Positions 22,408 to 35,810 of a DNA stretch of 64,000 bases are shown one piece after another; the stretch's first letter is position 1, and every line of letters starts with the position of its first letter. The notes beneath the pieces were generated by a model. That model had not been told where the DNA came from, did no database searches, and saw only the letters and a program-made list of their open reading frames with translations. Origin of the DNA: Sarea resinae (taxonomy: Eukaryota); contig JAPEUD010000019.1 in assembly GCA_026026165.1 (NCBI GenBank), positions 62,001 to 126,000 on the forward strand. The letters run 5' to 3'. The translations under genes and the position numbers were made by a program.

Positions 22408-24891
22408 CTACACGAAATCCCAAGTATCGCCACCCTTGCCCGTGATCATGCCCCTCGCCCTCTGGGCGCCAACCACGCGCTCCAACCGTAGGCCATCCCA
22501 ACTGCCGAAGACAACCCTCACAGCGGCCTGATCTTCAGCCACCAGGCCCTCGGCGACGCTGCGGCCGAGAAAGCCACCCGCAATCTCGCGGTAGAAGACT
22601 GGGTTGTCGGGCAGCTCGTACAGGACGAGCTTCTTGACGCCGCGCAGGCGGTAGCGCCTGAAGTGGTGCGCGCGCTGCGTGTACAGCAGCACGCTGATGC
22701 GGCCCGAGAAGAACAGTGTGCGCGCGCGCGCCACGGCCGATGCGGACGAGTATTCGGATATCGCGCTGAAGGAGAGATGCGCTGTCGAGGTCGAGGTGGA
22801 AAGGTGGTTCCGCACCCGGACGAAGTCGAGGTAGGACGGGATGAAGATCAGGATCCCCGCTCCTCCTTTGCCTGCTCCGCCTGCGCCGCCTTGTTTCGCG
22901 TTCTTGAGCAGCCAGGGGACGATGGAGGCGGTGAAGTAGGCGAAGCGCGCGTCCGGGTCCGCGGCGGGCGTGCTGTTGGGTGGCGAGTCGAAGCGGGAGA
23001 AGGTCTGGTGGATGGCGAGACCGAGGTCGAGTGCCGGCTGTATGCCGCTACCGCCGCTCTCGTAGACGGGCGTGTATTTCGCTTTCCCAAACACGTTGCT
23101 CATCTGCGTGTTGAAGACGCTGTTAATCTCCGGCGTGTTGTAGGCCGTGAAGACGAGCGTTTGGCGCAGGTTGCGCGCGTGCGCGTCCAAGTAGTAGGTG
23201 CGCACGCGCGAAAAGTCGGTGTTGTGCGCTTGGGTGGGGTGCTGGTTCAGTGCGTTTAAAAGCAGCGGTATGTGCGACCAGTTTTGTTGCAGAAGGGCGT
23301 CGGCCTGCGAAATCACGAGGAGTTCGATGCTGGAGAGGAAGTCGTGGTCTTGTTTCTTGGGGCTGTGATGGATTAGCTGAGTGAGCTTAAGGGTGAATAG
23401 GGGGCTTCCTTACTCATCTGCTGATCCGATGGCCATGCGCAGGCCTAGAGGGCTGGCAAATATGATATCCGAGTTATAGAATTGCGAGAAGAACTTGACG
23501 GTCTTTCGGGTGAACTTCATCCCGAGACGGAACATGTCGTCGCTATTTCCCGCGAAGAGCTCTCGGAAGTCCTCGGGTCTCTCGTCCGGCATGTCGGCTG
23601 TGGGGGCGACGTACGACTCCTGAAAGCGCTTCTTATTCTCCTGCTGCTCTGTTTCGCAGAGCTCGAGGATCGTCTCTACAGCGCGGACGCATGACTGGCG
23701 GGTTGGGAGGAGGACCAATACCTTGGGGCGCGTGAAGCCCTGATCGCGAAGGTCGAGATCGTCGCCATCTTCCTCTTTCGCGAGACGGGCGTTGTTTTTG
23801 ATGACGCGGTCTCGAGTTCTGGCACCATTAGTAAATTACGTTGAAGTATTTAGATGAGGTGACTTACTTAAAAATATGATTGAGGGCGTGTAGATATGTA
23901 AGGCGGCGTAGGCTCTCTGCGTTTGCTGGAGTGCGTCCACAGAATAGGAGGTCCTGGTAATTGAAAATATAGGGAGCTATGACTTTTTGGACAGCATCAA
24001 ATTGCGGCATAAGTTTGGTAGCTGGCCCTCGTAACTTGCGTTTGAGCTAGGTAAGAGTGAGCAAAGTCCTATCATTGATCGCATGATAACACACCTTGAG
24101 ATCATTGGGACTGGTAATTTGACTGCGAGCTGAGACCGAAGCAACGGCGTCGACCTCTGGAGTGTATAAAACCAGTCTTGCCTCATCATTCGAATCGACC
24201 TTCTCCATGTGCCACTTGTTCTGCGATATTGCCTGCAGTCTCGTTGCAAGGACGTTTTCATCGGGATTCGCAAAGTGCACCTCGAACGGATCAGATGCTA
24301 AGGACGTTAGTATAGGGATCGGGAAGATAGACAGAATATCTACCATCGTCGTCCTCGTCGATGTCTTGAGCTTCAGCCAGAGAGTCGGCGACTGGCTCTG
24401 CTCCCTCTTCTGGTTCCTCCACCAGGTCCACGTCTACCTCGCCGTCAACTTTGTCGGTCTCCGCCTCAGTCTTTAAACCGTTGGTTCGCTCCTCCGGGAG
24501 GTTCTGCTCTGTCTTCCTCTTCTTGCGTTGTGGCTGGCCTCGATGAAGATCTCCGGTCAAAGACTGTAGCAGAGCATTGTAGGGCCGGACTGTGGGTTTT
24601 GCGTCTTCCTCGTCGCTGGAGATATCTGCAGGTGACTCTTCTTGCTCTTCCTGCGACGGCTGGTCACTAGCCTCTGCATCACTGGAGCCACTGTAATCGC
24701 TGTGTTCAGCCGCAATCACTTGATGTTTCCGAAATCGTGACCCACCTCTCGACATTCTCCTCGACTCGCGAAGTCTGGAAAGTTGACCTGTTGCCTCCCC
24801 TTCCACCACGTCCACCTCGTCCACCTCTACCACCTCTGCCTCCTCCCCTTCCTCGACCTCGAAAGCCGCCTCGGCCCCTTTGGAATGCCAT
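22408..24891 (-). CDS. UTP25: U3 snoRNA-associated protein 25 (6 exons)
   Basis: RGG N-terminus; [85 protein letters not shown] and [10 protein letters not shown]. Five GT-AG introns traced. Confidence 0.95.
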
Positions 24892-24979
24892 TTTAGGCCT
24901 CTAGAATTTCGGATTTCTCGTCGTGGTCGCAAGACAATCGTACGCGAAGAGTGGTGTTGAGGCTCTGCAACTTTTATAT

Positions 24980-24987
24980 CTTATCGC
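24980..24987 (-). promoter_or_regulatory. PAC-like element GCGATAAG upstream of UTP25
   Basis: CTTATCGC on the + strand, about 90 nt upstream of the UTP25 ATG. It differs by one base from the yeast PAC element GCGATGAG of ribosome biogenesis genes. Confidence 0.5.
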
Positions 24988-25172
24988 TAGCGCACACGTT
25001 TAGGGCCTAGCCGATCCCACACAAAGAACTCGGAACATTGTCGACATTTGAGATCTCAACGCGACGAGCCAAGTCGACCAGCCCAGCCCAGCCAGCCTCC
25101 ACGTCGCCTCAAGGGAAACATTCAGAAACCAGTCGCATTCGTCAGATATCGTCCCAGAATCGACTGCCCAGT

Positions 25173-26320
25173 ATGGCGGAGACTGATACTTTCCTCCACC
25201 TTGCGAGGCCCCTTGGTCCGGTCATCGTGGGAGCCCAGCCCACCACCGCCCCACTGAATGTCGTTGTACAGCCCCAGGTATGAAATGCCAATTTTCTTTC
25301 CAGATATGAGAAGCAATTACTGACATATGTCCAAACAGGCCATCTTCTCCATCCTCGACCACTCTCTCCGACGAAATGCCGACCAAGAGCGCGTCATCGG
25401 CACCCTCCTCGGCGTCCGCAGCGAAGACGGCACCGAAGTCGAGATCAGAAACTGTTTCGCCGTCGGCCATACCGAAACCGCTGAGCAGGTCGAAGTCGAC
25501 ATGGAATACCAGAAGCAGATGCTAGCGCTGCACCTGCGGGCGAACCCGCGAGAGGTGCTGGTCGGGTGGTATGCGACGTCAGCAGAACTGAACACCTTCT
25601 CGGCTCTCATTCAAAATTTCTACGGTGGACAGGGTGACGGGACATGGCCGCATCCGGCAGTCCATCTGACCGTCTCGACGGTGCCGGGTCAGGACATCGA
25701 AGCCAGGACGTATATCTCTGCGCCTGTTGGAGTGACGGCTGAGAGGGCGGCTGATAGTGCTGCGTTCATACCGGTGCCGCATGAAATACGGTACGGTGAT
25801 GCTGAGAAGAGCGGACTGGAACTGCTGTCAGGCGCAAAAGACCGGGAAGACCGATCGACTGGTATTCTCACGGACATTGAGTCGTTGGAGCGAGCCATTG
25901 AGGAGGTGTTGGGCATGCTCGAGAGGGTATCAAACTACGTCAACTCGGTGCTCGACGAAGAGTCGCCTCCGTCAAGCGTCCTCGGCCAATTTCTCATCAA
26001 TGCTCTCGCTCTGGCTCCAAAGGTGGATCCGGCAGATATCGAGCGGGATTTGTATGTCTCCCTCTTCCGTCACGTCTGTCTCTCGATCGACTGCTAAACA
26101 ATGTGACTGCAGCAATAACCACATTCAAGACGTACTAGTCATATCCTACCTTGCAAACACCATCCGCACACAAATCGATCTCTCCAACAGACTAGCAACT
26201 GCAGCATTGACGACCGGCAGCGCAGACGGACTAGGGGGCGCAGCAGCAGAAGGTGGGCAGCAAAAGGGCGGCCGCGAAGGGCGGGGCGGACACCGAGGCG
26301 GAAGAGGACGAGGAGAGTAG
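25173..26320 (+). CDS. EIF3F: Translation initiation factor eIF3 subunit F (MPN domain; 3 exons)
   Basis: [13 protein letters not shown]...[16 protein letters not shown]...RVIGTLLG...[10 protein letters not shown]...LVGWYAT...[21 protein letters not shown]. Introns at about 25278-25339 and 26051-26112. Confidence 0.95.
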
Positions 26321-26698
26321 GAAAAAAGACCTTTCAAAGAAAGGTTCGACGGGGATGATCTACCAGTCGCCCGCTTTCTCCTGTAACCTCGTTTTACGCA
26401 TGATGTTGCATTGTAAAACGGCGGAAAAGCTTCGGTGTTTGGGATTGATATCAAATCATGATAGACTGCAATCTGGTGGATGATTGCTCAAAATATCAAA
26501 TCTTCACGTAAATGTTCGATGATGATTGTTCTCGTGCGTTAGACGGTCTCTCGCGACAAAGCTCCCAGTATTCGACGCCCTTTTCGCCCCATTGCACACA
26601 TAGTACCCCCTGAAATAAAACGCCGAGTCCGTGAAAATCGCTATGCATCTCATGATCCCAGCCTCATCCGCAACTCCGACCACAAGAACGATGACCGG

Positions 26699-27337
26699 TC
26701 ATTTCCCCACCCCCGTACCCTCCTTCCCCTTTGCTCCACCACCCGCCTTTTCCTTCTCCCCTTCCTTCTCCGCTCTTTCCTTTTCCTTCTCTTTTTCTTT
26801 CGCTTCAGCCCTGGCAGCCTCAAGCTGATCGTCCTTTTCATCGAACTGCCTCCTCGCAGCCTTCAATTCCTTGTCCATACTCAACAGCTCCTGCACGCGA
26901 CCCAGCTTCTTCGGATCCTTGCGCAGCGCGAACTTGAAGTCGTCGACTTTGATCTTTTGACGCCGCGAGTAGGACGCGCTCAGAGCGGCTTCGTGGCAGG
27001 TTTCGATGATGTAGCTAGAGATTAAGCCAAGTGTTAATGCTGGCGATGACGAATGTGGTGAGATGGGAATAGAGAGGGATGCAGAAGAGAGGGGAGTAAT
27101 GAGGGCAGGACGCACTCTGTGACTATCTCATCCAGCACCTTGACCGTCTCGGGGAGCGGCTCCCGATCATCGCCGAATGCGTATAGAAGCGCCTTGACTG
27201 TTGTCCACAGCCAGGCAACAATCAGTATATAGATTCGTTCAAGGCTAACGAGACGAGGATAAACGCCTGCACGTACGGTCGGTAGCAAAGTTCTGTTGGC
27301 CCTTGTGCCGAGCAGCTCTCGCGCGCGGCTCTGTCAT
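26699..27337 (-). CDS. TAF13: TFIID subunit 13 (exons 27337-27277, 27197-27116, 27014-26699)
   Basis: MTEPRARAARHKGQQNF...LLYAFGDDREPLPETVKVLDEIVTDYIIETCHEA...KIKVDDFKFALRKDPKKLGRVQELL histone-fold signature. Confidence 0.93.
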
Positions 27338-27660
27338 TGCACGAGCTCTTCGTTGATCGCGGCCAGTAGACGGTGCGGGTTCTGTGGAGAGGCAGGTTTT
27401 GAATAAATCGCATTCGAGGTGAGCTTCTACCTATGATTGCATGGATCCATCCAATGGATCCAGCGATGCAATCAATGGTGGAAGGAGAAACGTTTCGCCG
27501 AGTACTCCGTACGGTATCTTCAGTTACCCGGCTTTCGCGATGCCATGGTGGAAGCAACGCTCGAACAGCTCCCGAACAAGAGGCCGACCACAACAGCAGC
27601 AACCCGCGATCAGCCCCGCGCACAGCTCAAGTCCAGCCATTTGACATCACGCCCCTCAAA

Positions 27661-28533
27661 ATGGTATCTCATCCCATCCCGTCCCGTCTATCCCATCCAT
27701 CCCATGCCTCAAAGCCAAGTCCAGCGCTCGAAGAAGAAGAAAGCAGAAACAGCAACGTAAGCTAACACGCACACATAGTCGGCGCTTTTCAACTTCCAAT
27801 CCCTCCTCCTGGTGATCCTGCTCCTGATCTGCACGAGCACCTACGCGCACTACGTGTTCCCAGGCATCATGGACCGCAACAAAAATGGGTGAGCATTCTA
27901 GATCGACGCCATCTTGCCATGCTCATTTGCAGCCCCCGAAACGTCCCGCCTACGCTCTCCTTTCTTCACCTTCTTCACTCCGATCCCTTTCTGTCTCATC
28001 GAACCCTACCTGCTGGCCTTGACTTCTCCTGTACTGACACAAAGAAGCGTGTTAGGCATATTCTGGAAATGCGCTCGGATCGGCGAACGATTGAGTCCGT
28101 ATGTTAGTATATGTTGTGTCTTCATGGCTGTATGTCTTGTCTCTTTTTTTTTAATTTGCCGTTTCTCTCTCTATATCTGTCTATCTCAAACTATCCTCCG
28201 TCTATACCACTGGTCCTCGCGCTATACCACTAGCCATCCCTCCCTATCACGTCTACTCATCTCCCCTTCTTTCCCCCTCCCCCCGTTTTGCCCCGCCCGG
28301 GAACCTTATCCCTAACCCAACCCCGCTATCTTCACTTTCCACGTTTACCCCTCCCCAACCTTCCTCTAGCATACTCGAACAACCTATCTCCAACTCCACT
28401 TCCACCCCCTCCATCCCCTCCATCCCCTCAATCCAATTTAACCCCCCCACTAGAACATAAAGAAAAAGCCATCACTAACCCCCGCTCCTCGTCCTTGCAA
28501 TCCCACCAGATGTCCAAAATGACCGGTCAATAA
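27661..28533 (+). CDS. KSH1: Protein Kish / TMEM167 (exons 27661-27663, 27779-27888, 28048-28129, 28510-28533)
   Basis: Spliced product [72 protein letters not shown]. The first exon is only the ATG. The last exon is inferred from CTAAC...CAG ending at 28509. Confidence 0.9.
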
Positions 28534-28599
28534 CCCGCGCGACGTGCCCCTCGGCCGCCGTGCACCTCGAGTCCTTGGATTTGGGGTAATTATAGCATA

Positions 28600-30240
28600 A
28601 TTCAACGTCACGCACCAAGAGCTCGGTGGCATATATCGTAATTTTTGAACATCACAACACACGCACACGCATACGCATCACACATCGCTCAAACCAGCAC
28701 CACTACCACCACCACCACCACCATCATCCCCTCCTCAGCCACCCACCCACTCAGCCACGCATTCAAATATCCCCGCACTCCATCTCTTTTAAACCCGCCC
28801 AACGAAACATGGGACCGCGCTCGAGGCAAAGACGAGACAAGGCCGAACAAGACAACGCAATCTCCCAACCAACAACGAACAACGAACAGGGAAAACCACA
28901 CACCACACCCCACACACCACACACCATCCTACCCATCCTACCCATCCAAGCCCATCCAAGCCCATCCATCGAGAAAAAAATGACGAAGCCACTAGAAAAC
29001 CAACAAGGACAAGTCCCTACCAGGAATTCAGAGTTCCGAGTTCCGAGGGAGGAGCGAACGGAAGCGGAAGGAGAAGGTCAGCGGGGGTGGAGGAGGAGAA
29101 CGATGGTGGAGGAAAAGCAACCCTCTCTTCGAATCCTAGACGACAGATTCCTAGATCCCAGATCCTAGAGCACGAGTAGCGGCGCGTGCGTGCGAAGTGC
29201 GCGGAGTGTGCGGAATACCGAGTACGGAGTTCATTCAGCGTACATGATGGGCGCATTCGCAGGTTCCTGGGACTGGGACTGGGACGGGGACGCGGGAGAG
29301 AGAGAGAAAGCATGCATCAGCGCCACATCCACAATCACAACCATAATCACAACCACATCTAAATGTTTGTCTACTTTTACATTTCAGAGGGTCCATAAGA
29401 CAAGCCTATTTCTATATAAAATAGATAGATAGCAATCAATCAATCAATCATCTCCCTGCAAAGTAATGAGACCCAGCAAATCAAAAAGAAAAAGAAAAAG
29501 AAAAAATTGGGAAACAGGAAAGCAGGAGTTGGGTGGGTATAAACCCTCGGCCCCCCTCCCGCCCCCCAACCTCCCTTAATCACCACCATACTATATATAT
29601 ACCATACGTCACCATACGAAGAATCTACTCTTTGATCTTGAAAGATATCATCTTGAATTAATTCATTATATCTATCTCATCTCATCCACATTCAAAAAGA
29701 GCCCGTATTATTTCTCTGTGAAGCCAGATCGATCGATCGATCCGATCCGATCCAAACCGATGCATCTATGCGTCCATGCGTCCATCCATCCATTCAATCG
29801 TAAACATCGATGTCGGAGCCGCTGTCCTCCTTTTTCCCGTACCGATGGCAATGCAAAAGCCAATGCCAATGCGTGCGAAATGCACTACGAGCGACCCCGT
29901 CCCGCGTGCCGATCTCTTCTTCTTTTTTGAGAAATGCAATATGCAAAATGCAAGTGCTGAAAGAACAGGACAAGGACATGACATCAGCCGAAGAAGAAAA
30001 AATACTCCAGATAAGATTGAAGAGGAGAGGAAAAGAAATTAGAACAAAAACACCAAGCAATGCCGCACGCAGATAGATAGATGCACGCGCCCAGAGGAGG
30101 GGAAGGGAGGGAGGGTAAGACCACCCCGGAAAATTAAACGAGGCCAAGTTCCCGTTATTGATGCCGCCAACACACAACAAAGCCATCCAAAGCATTTTTG
30201 TTTGTTCGTTCGTTCGTTCGTTCATCTGTTCGTAACATAG
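28600..30240. repeat. Microsatellite-rich spacer between convergent KSH1 and the MFS gene
   Basis: (CAC)n near 28700, (ATCA)n near 29435, (AAAAAG)n near 29485, (GATC/GATCC)n near 29727 and (TTCG)n near 30205. Confidence 0.8.
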
Positions 30241-30284
30241 AAGAAAATCCCATTCTGTCGATCGAATCGCTTATATCAAAATCA

Positions 30285-32147
30285 TCAAGCATCTTCGTCC
30301 TCGCCACCGCTCTTCTCGTCAAAGACATCGGACTCGCCTCCGGCGCCAGCCTCGGGCGCAAACTTGCTCCTGGCACGGATCTTGCGGCCGTAGACGTAGA
30401 AGAAGACGGGGATGGGCACCAGCACGACGGCGACGCATCCGAGCAGCGTCGACGCCCACTCGATGCCCATGCCGTTGAACATGTAGGTGCCGAACATGGG
30501 GAAGGCGGCGCCGGCCATAGAGCGCATGAACGTGTTGCCGGCAATGGCCGAGGCTGCAAACATGAGATAGGCGTCGACGAGGTAATTCAGGGCCTGGAGG
30601 AAGATGGAGAGGATCCCGAACCCGATCAGGACGCCCGAGGCCGTCGGCACCATCCAGTGCACGTCGGCGCGGTAGCCGCTCCATCCGAACCAGAACAACC
30701 CTGCCGCGAACGCGGCGCCGCCGTACATGACTGGGGGAAGACGCCATTCCGGGACCGGGCGGTTCTGGTTGGCGAGCAGTTTGCGGACGTATGCCGGCTC
30801 TTGAAAGGCAATGGCAAAGCCGGAGATGACGTAGCCCAGCATCATGCCAAAGTAGGGGAGACCGCCTACGCCCTCGTTCATGCCGTGGACCTTCTGGAAG
30901 ACCAGAGGATAGGCGGTGAGGAAGAGGTAGAGGAGCCCGTAGATGAAAGACATGTAGATGGAGATCAAAAGAACAATGGGCTCGAGGAACAGGAGACGGA
31001 GAGGCCGGCTGAAATTCTTGGAGAGGAGCTCGTGCACGTCGATCTCGATCTCTTCCTGCTTGGCGTGGATGCCCCAGTTCTTGGTCCGTCGGCGCAGTTC
31101 GGCGGCTTTCTGGACGAGGATCACGGGCGGGTAGGTTTCGCGCAGGAAGAGCAGATTCAGGCCAAAGCAGGTAAAGCCCATGATGGCAGTGATATAGCTG
31201 GTCCATCGCCATCCGAGGTAGCTCATGGTGATGAAGCCACCGATGAAGGGGGCCATCAGAGGTCCGGTGAAGACGGTCATGGAAAAGACCGTAATGGCCA
31301 TTCCACGGGTGCTGTTGTCAAACATATCGGAGAAGACGGCGGCGACGACCGAGATCGGGCAAGCGCCGCAGAAACCGCAGAAGAATCGGCAGATCAAGAC
31401 CGTCTGGAGGTCCTTGCCGGTGGCGACGGCAATGTGGAAGATGGAGAAAACAAAGGAAGAGATCACCAGCGGCATTCGGCGGCCATACAGCTCGGAGAAA
31501 GGTGCCCAGAGGATTGGCCCAAAGGAGAATCCGAGGACGTAGAGGGAAACGCCCAGCGTCGTCACTTCCGAGGAAACACCAAATTCCTCGGCGACGGCGG
31601 CGATGGCGGGAGAAAAGATGCTACTTCCAAAGGTCGCAACAAAGGTGGTAAATCCAAGGATCGTGGCCAGAAACAACCTGAGACACTTGATCAGCCTCCA
31701 ATTCGTAGTCGAATTAGAGTCATATCGGGCCGCTACTTACTTCCTCTTGATCGACCAATTCTGGGCGTGTAGCGGATCGTCCACGCCGTCAAACTCGACG
31801 ACGTATTGCTCCTGTTCTGGCAATGGCGGCGGATATGATTTCCCCGCGCCAAATGCCGGCAGAGGTCTCCGAGACTCCCTCGTCGAGAGGGTGCCACGGG
31901 AGACGGGTCTTCCGACGGTGGCATCGTGGACACTGCGGAGGGTGTTGATCCGGCTCAGGGCGGTGGGATGTCGCTCGAGGCATGCTCCTTGTGCGGCCGG
32001 TACGTGGGAAGCCGTGGTGTGTGCTTCTGCTACCGAAGAGGCCGTCGAGGACGAGATGGTGCGGACATGTTCCAAGGAACGGCTGCGATGAGCCGGGTGG
32101 CCGGCGTCCATCTCGGCCTTCTCGACGTCTCTATCCAAAGAGTCCAT
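30285..32147 (-). CDS. MFS drug:H+ antiporter, DHA1 family (Tpo1/Flu1-like; intron 31678-31740)
   Basis: GAGKSYPPPLPEQEQYVVEFDGVDDPLHAQNWS, GPILWAPFSELYGRR, GWRWTSY, LRETYPP, PEWRLPP and NYLVDAYLMFAASAIAGNTFMRS; about 12 TM segments. Confidence 0.93.
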
Positions 32148-33969
32148 GGTGAAGGCAGAGCGTGGAAGGCTTGCGGATATGGTTCGGTGGCAGGAGCAGA
32201 CGGCTGGAGGGCGGGAGAGGGGCCGGTGATATAGACGGCGGGCAGGAATTGATCCATGGTGAGAAGATTCACGACCGGGTGACAGACGTTGGGCGTGTTA
32301 TCAATCAATCGATCATCAACACGGCATGGATGGGCAGTGGAATTTTCGGCAGTAGTGGCAGTCGTAGTGGATCCGGTGCGAGTACTCATAGTATGGAGTA
32401 CACCGCAGCGTTGAAATTTCGAGGAATGCTGAATAATCGCCACCGGTGGAGACTTGGAGGGACCGCAGATCTGCTGTGGAATGGCTGCGTGACCAAGTAC
32501 CGTGCAGTATCTCGCATCATCGCTGCCGAGATGGGAGCTGGCTCGTACTCGTACTACATTAATTACCTACTACTCTACGTACTACGTAGTACTCTCGCGT
32601 ACTGCGGGGTTCGGTGTGCCGCTGGTCGGGTCATTGATTCACCGTCGACCCGCCTGACAGTTGAAGCACCGAAGCCCTGAAGCCCAGCTTTGGAAGCCAA
32701 GCTTTGGAAGCCAAGCCTGACGGCAGAAAAAGACGGTCTTTTCCCAACTGCGGCCAAGGGGCGACGGCGGCCACGGCGGCCACAGGGGCAAGCAGGGGCA
32801 AGCAGGCATCCGATCACGCCTCTAACGAGAACGAGCATGGCCTGTCCCCGTCGAGCCGCCTTAGCAATCACCCTGACAAGAGGACTCATCCTGATCCACG
32901 GCCGGTACTTGAGCACGGCTTGGGCATTGGGCAGCGTCGTCTGCAACAACATCGACGACGACGACGGAACGACGGGCCAGACGACACCGCCCTGCAGCTA
33001 CGCGCATCCCCTGCCTAGGGCGAGGCACCGGCGGCGCCGAGAGATGAGAGATGAGAGAATGGATGTAAATAGTCTAACCGACTCGGCTGCACCGTCGAGT
33101 GTTGCAAGAACTTCAAGCATTCGATGGAATCTTCTACTCTGTACTGCCGCGAATTGCCGAGTCCTCTCGTCTTGGCGCTCCAGCGGCCATTTGGAAGAAT
33201 GGATCTGGCACCAAGGACGGTAGAGTACCCCGGAGTAGAAGTACTAGAGTATGAGTACTACGTGGTATGTAGCATCAGATCCTAGCGACGGCACTACCAC
33301 CGAGTACCTTATCATCAGGTAGTACAGACTACGCATCCTACTTGGGTACGAAACCTTGAAGGAAATGTTCCGCGTTGAAGAATCAAAGTAGACGGTGGAA
33401 GATTGACTCATCGATGGATGCCCATTCGGGCCCGCCAAGGTGAAAAGTGAAAACGTGAAAACGAATGTGACGGACACGAGCTGTCCCACTCCCCTGATCA
33501 TACAAGTCGCGGATAGATCAGCTGATTCGATGTCGACGGTCAATCGGTCAGACCGTGCTCGTTGTATTCCGTTGCCAATTGATGAGCTTCACTCGATACG
33601 GGGACGCCATGTCTATCACGATTGTATCCTCGTTGAGTTGCTAGTCATTGACTCTCCCGCTGGACACGTTTCTGTTGGATGAGTCGCCATTGTGCCTACA
33701 ATTTAATATGTCACTGCACGATCCATAATCAATGAATGCCTTTGATGCCCTCCATACTACGCACAATGCATCGTCGAAAGACGGCAACTCGAGCCGGGCC
33801 ATGCTTATCCTTATCGGCACGGCCACACGACGCCACGACGACACCACGACGAACCGTGATCGGAAACAAACAGATGTCCTTCTCCAGGTTCTTCGTGCTC
33901 TCCATCCCGTAGCCACTTGTGCCTTGCCATCGACCTTGTGAACCTCACGGCGAGGAAGTGCCCGAGGCA

Positions 33970-35810
33970 ATGGGAGACGCAGCTTATGCGTCTCTCATCC
34001 GGAATGTCTCCGATCAGGAACGAGAACTCGACGAGCACGGCGACGACGAAGACGATCGACTCCCCGAGCTCCACGAGCAGGATCTGCCGTCGCCGGGCCT
34101 GTTCATCTGGATCTTGACGCTTTCCGCCGGCATCAGCGGATTGCTCTTTGGCTATGAGTGCGTGAACCCCATTCTTCTCTCCTCTACTTCAGCAATCTGA
34201 CTAGAGGCCTACCTAGTACCGGTGTCATCTCTTCTACTCTCGTCAGCATCGGCACGGATCTGTCGCACCGGCCTCTGACCATCCTCGACAAGAGCCTCAT
34301 CACGTCGTCGACGAGCCTCTTTGCTCTCCTCGCCAGCCCCGTGTCGGGAGTCCTGGGCGACACGCTCGGACGGAAGAAGGTCATCCTCATAGCAGATGCG
34401 CTCTTCGTGATCGGGGCAATATGGCAGGCCGTCGCGACCAGCGTCTGGGGGATGATCGTCGGGAGGAGCATCATTGGCTTAGCAATCGGAGCAGCAAGCC
34501 TGGTTGCCCCTCTGTACGAGCGCCGATTTCTTTTGCCTGGGCTTCTTCGAGCACCAGACTGATTGCTTTTGTGCAGGTACATCTCAGAGCTCTCTCCATC
34601 GCCGTTCCGCGGCCGTCTGGTCACCGTCTCGTGTCTTTTCATCACCGGTGGCCAAGTCGTCGCCTATATCGTCGGCTTCCTGCTCTCCAGGACCGCCCAC
34701 GGCTGGCGTCTCATGGTCGGCGTAAGCGCGATTCCAGCAGGCGTGCAATTCGCCCTTCTGGCCTTACTTCCCGAAACGCCGCGCTGGCTCGTCAAAGCCA
34801 ACCGGGTCGATGAGGCCAGACAGGTGCTCGAAAAGGTCTACAGCGCCTCGCTGAAGACGCACGACATGGCGTCCGGCATCCTGCGCGCCATCGAGAAGGA
34901 GGTCCAGGAGGAAGAGGATGCCACATCTCGGCGCCACCACCGTGCCAATGGGCTACCGCCCGCCAAGACGCCGCACTCTCGCTGGCTCTGGCTTGCGCAG
35001 CTCCGAGAGCGATGGCACGAGCTGATCCGGGTCGGGCGTCATCGACGTGCGCTCATCATCGCATGCATGTTGCAAGCACTGCAACAGCTCTGCGGATTCG
35101 TAAGAGACCTTTCTGCGATAGCAGCCTTCCACATCTCTCCTTCTATCACCTTCACTAACACTCTGCCTCGCTCCTACTAGAACTCCCTCATGTATTTTAG
35201 CGCGACGATCTTCGAATCGCTAGGCTTCGCCTCGCCCACCCTCACGTCGCTCTCGATCGCACTGACAAACTTCCTCTTCACGCTGGCGGCCTTCTACCTT
35301 ATCGACCGGGTCGGCCGCCGGCGCATCCTCCTGTTCTCGCTCCCGATCATGGTGCTCGGCCTCGTGCTCTCCTCGATCTCATTTTCCCTGACCGACGGCA
35401 CCGCCGCGAAGACCTCTTCCCCCTCGAAGACCACCACCACCCGATCCAGCACGCCCACGCCCACACCCACTCACACGACCGCGATCCTGCTCTCCCTGAT
35501 CCTCTACGTCCTCGGCTTTGCCCTGGGCATCGGCACCGTGCCGTGGCAGCAATCCGAGCTCTTCCCGCTGCACATCCGCAGTCTCGGCTCGGGCCTCGCC
35601 ACCGCGACCAACTGGGCCTGCAATTTCGCCGTCGGCCTCACCTTCCTACCGCTCATGCACATGCTGGGGCCCGTGTCCACGTTCGCCGCGTACGCGTTCG
35701 TCTGCGTCGCCGGCTGGCTGGCCGTGTGGCGCGTGTATCCCGAGACGACGGGCTTGGGCCTTGAGGAGGTCGGAGGGCTGCTGGAGGGCGGCTGGGGGGT
35801 GAGACGTTAG
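33970..35810 (+). CDS. ITR1: Sugar porter family myo-inositol transporter (4 exons)
   Basis: AGISGLLFGYD-TGVISSTLVSIG, DTLGRK, PLYISELSPSPFRGRLV, LPETPRWL, LQQLCGFNSLMYFS, IDRVGRR, PWQQSELFP and YPET. Three GT-AG introns. Confidence 0.88.

Noticed and set aside
30198..31772. 524-aa ORF antisense to the MFS transporter
   Set aside because: Shadow ORF expected from high GC3 codon bias on the coding strand; non-ATG start inside a microsatellite and no recognisable domain.
32030..32257. Overlapping upstream ORF (ATG 32257) as a HOL1-type polyamine-sensing uORF of the MFS gene
   Set aside because: No MLLLPS-like peptide, and the ATG lies upstream of a TATA-like element, so it is probably not in the mRNA.
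33732..33941. 69-aa ORF just upstream of the inositol transporter as a regulatory uORF
   Set aside because: No recognisable conserved peptide and the TSS is unknown; ORFs of this size are common by chance.
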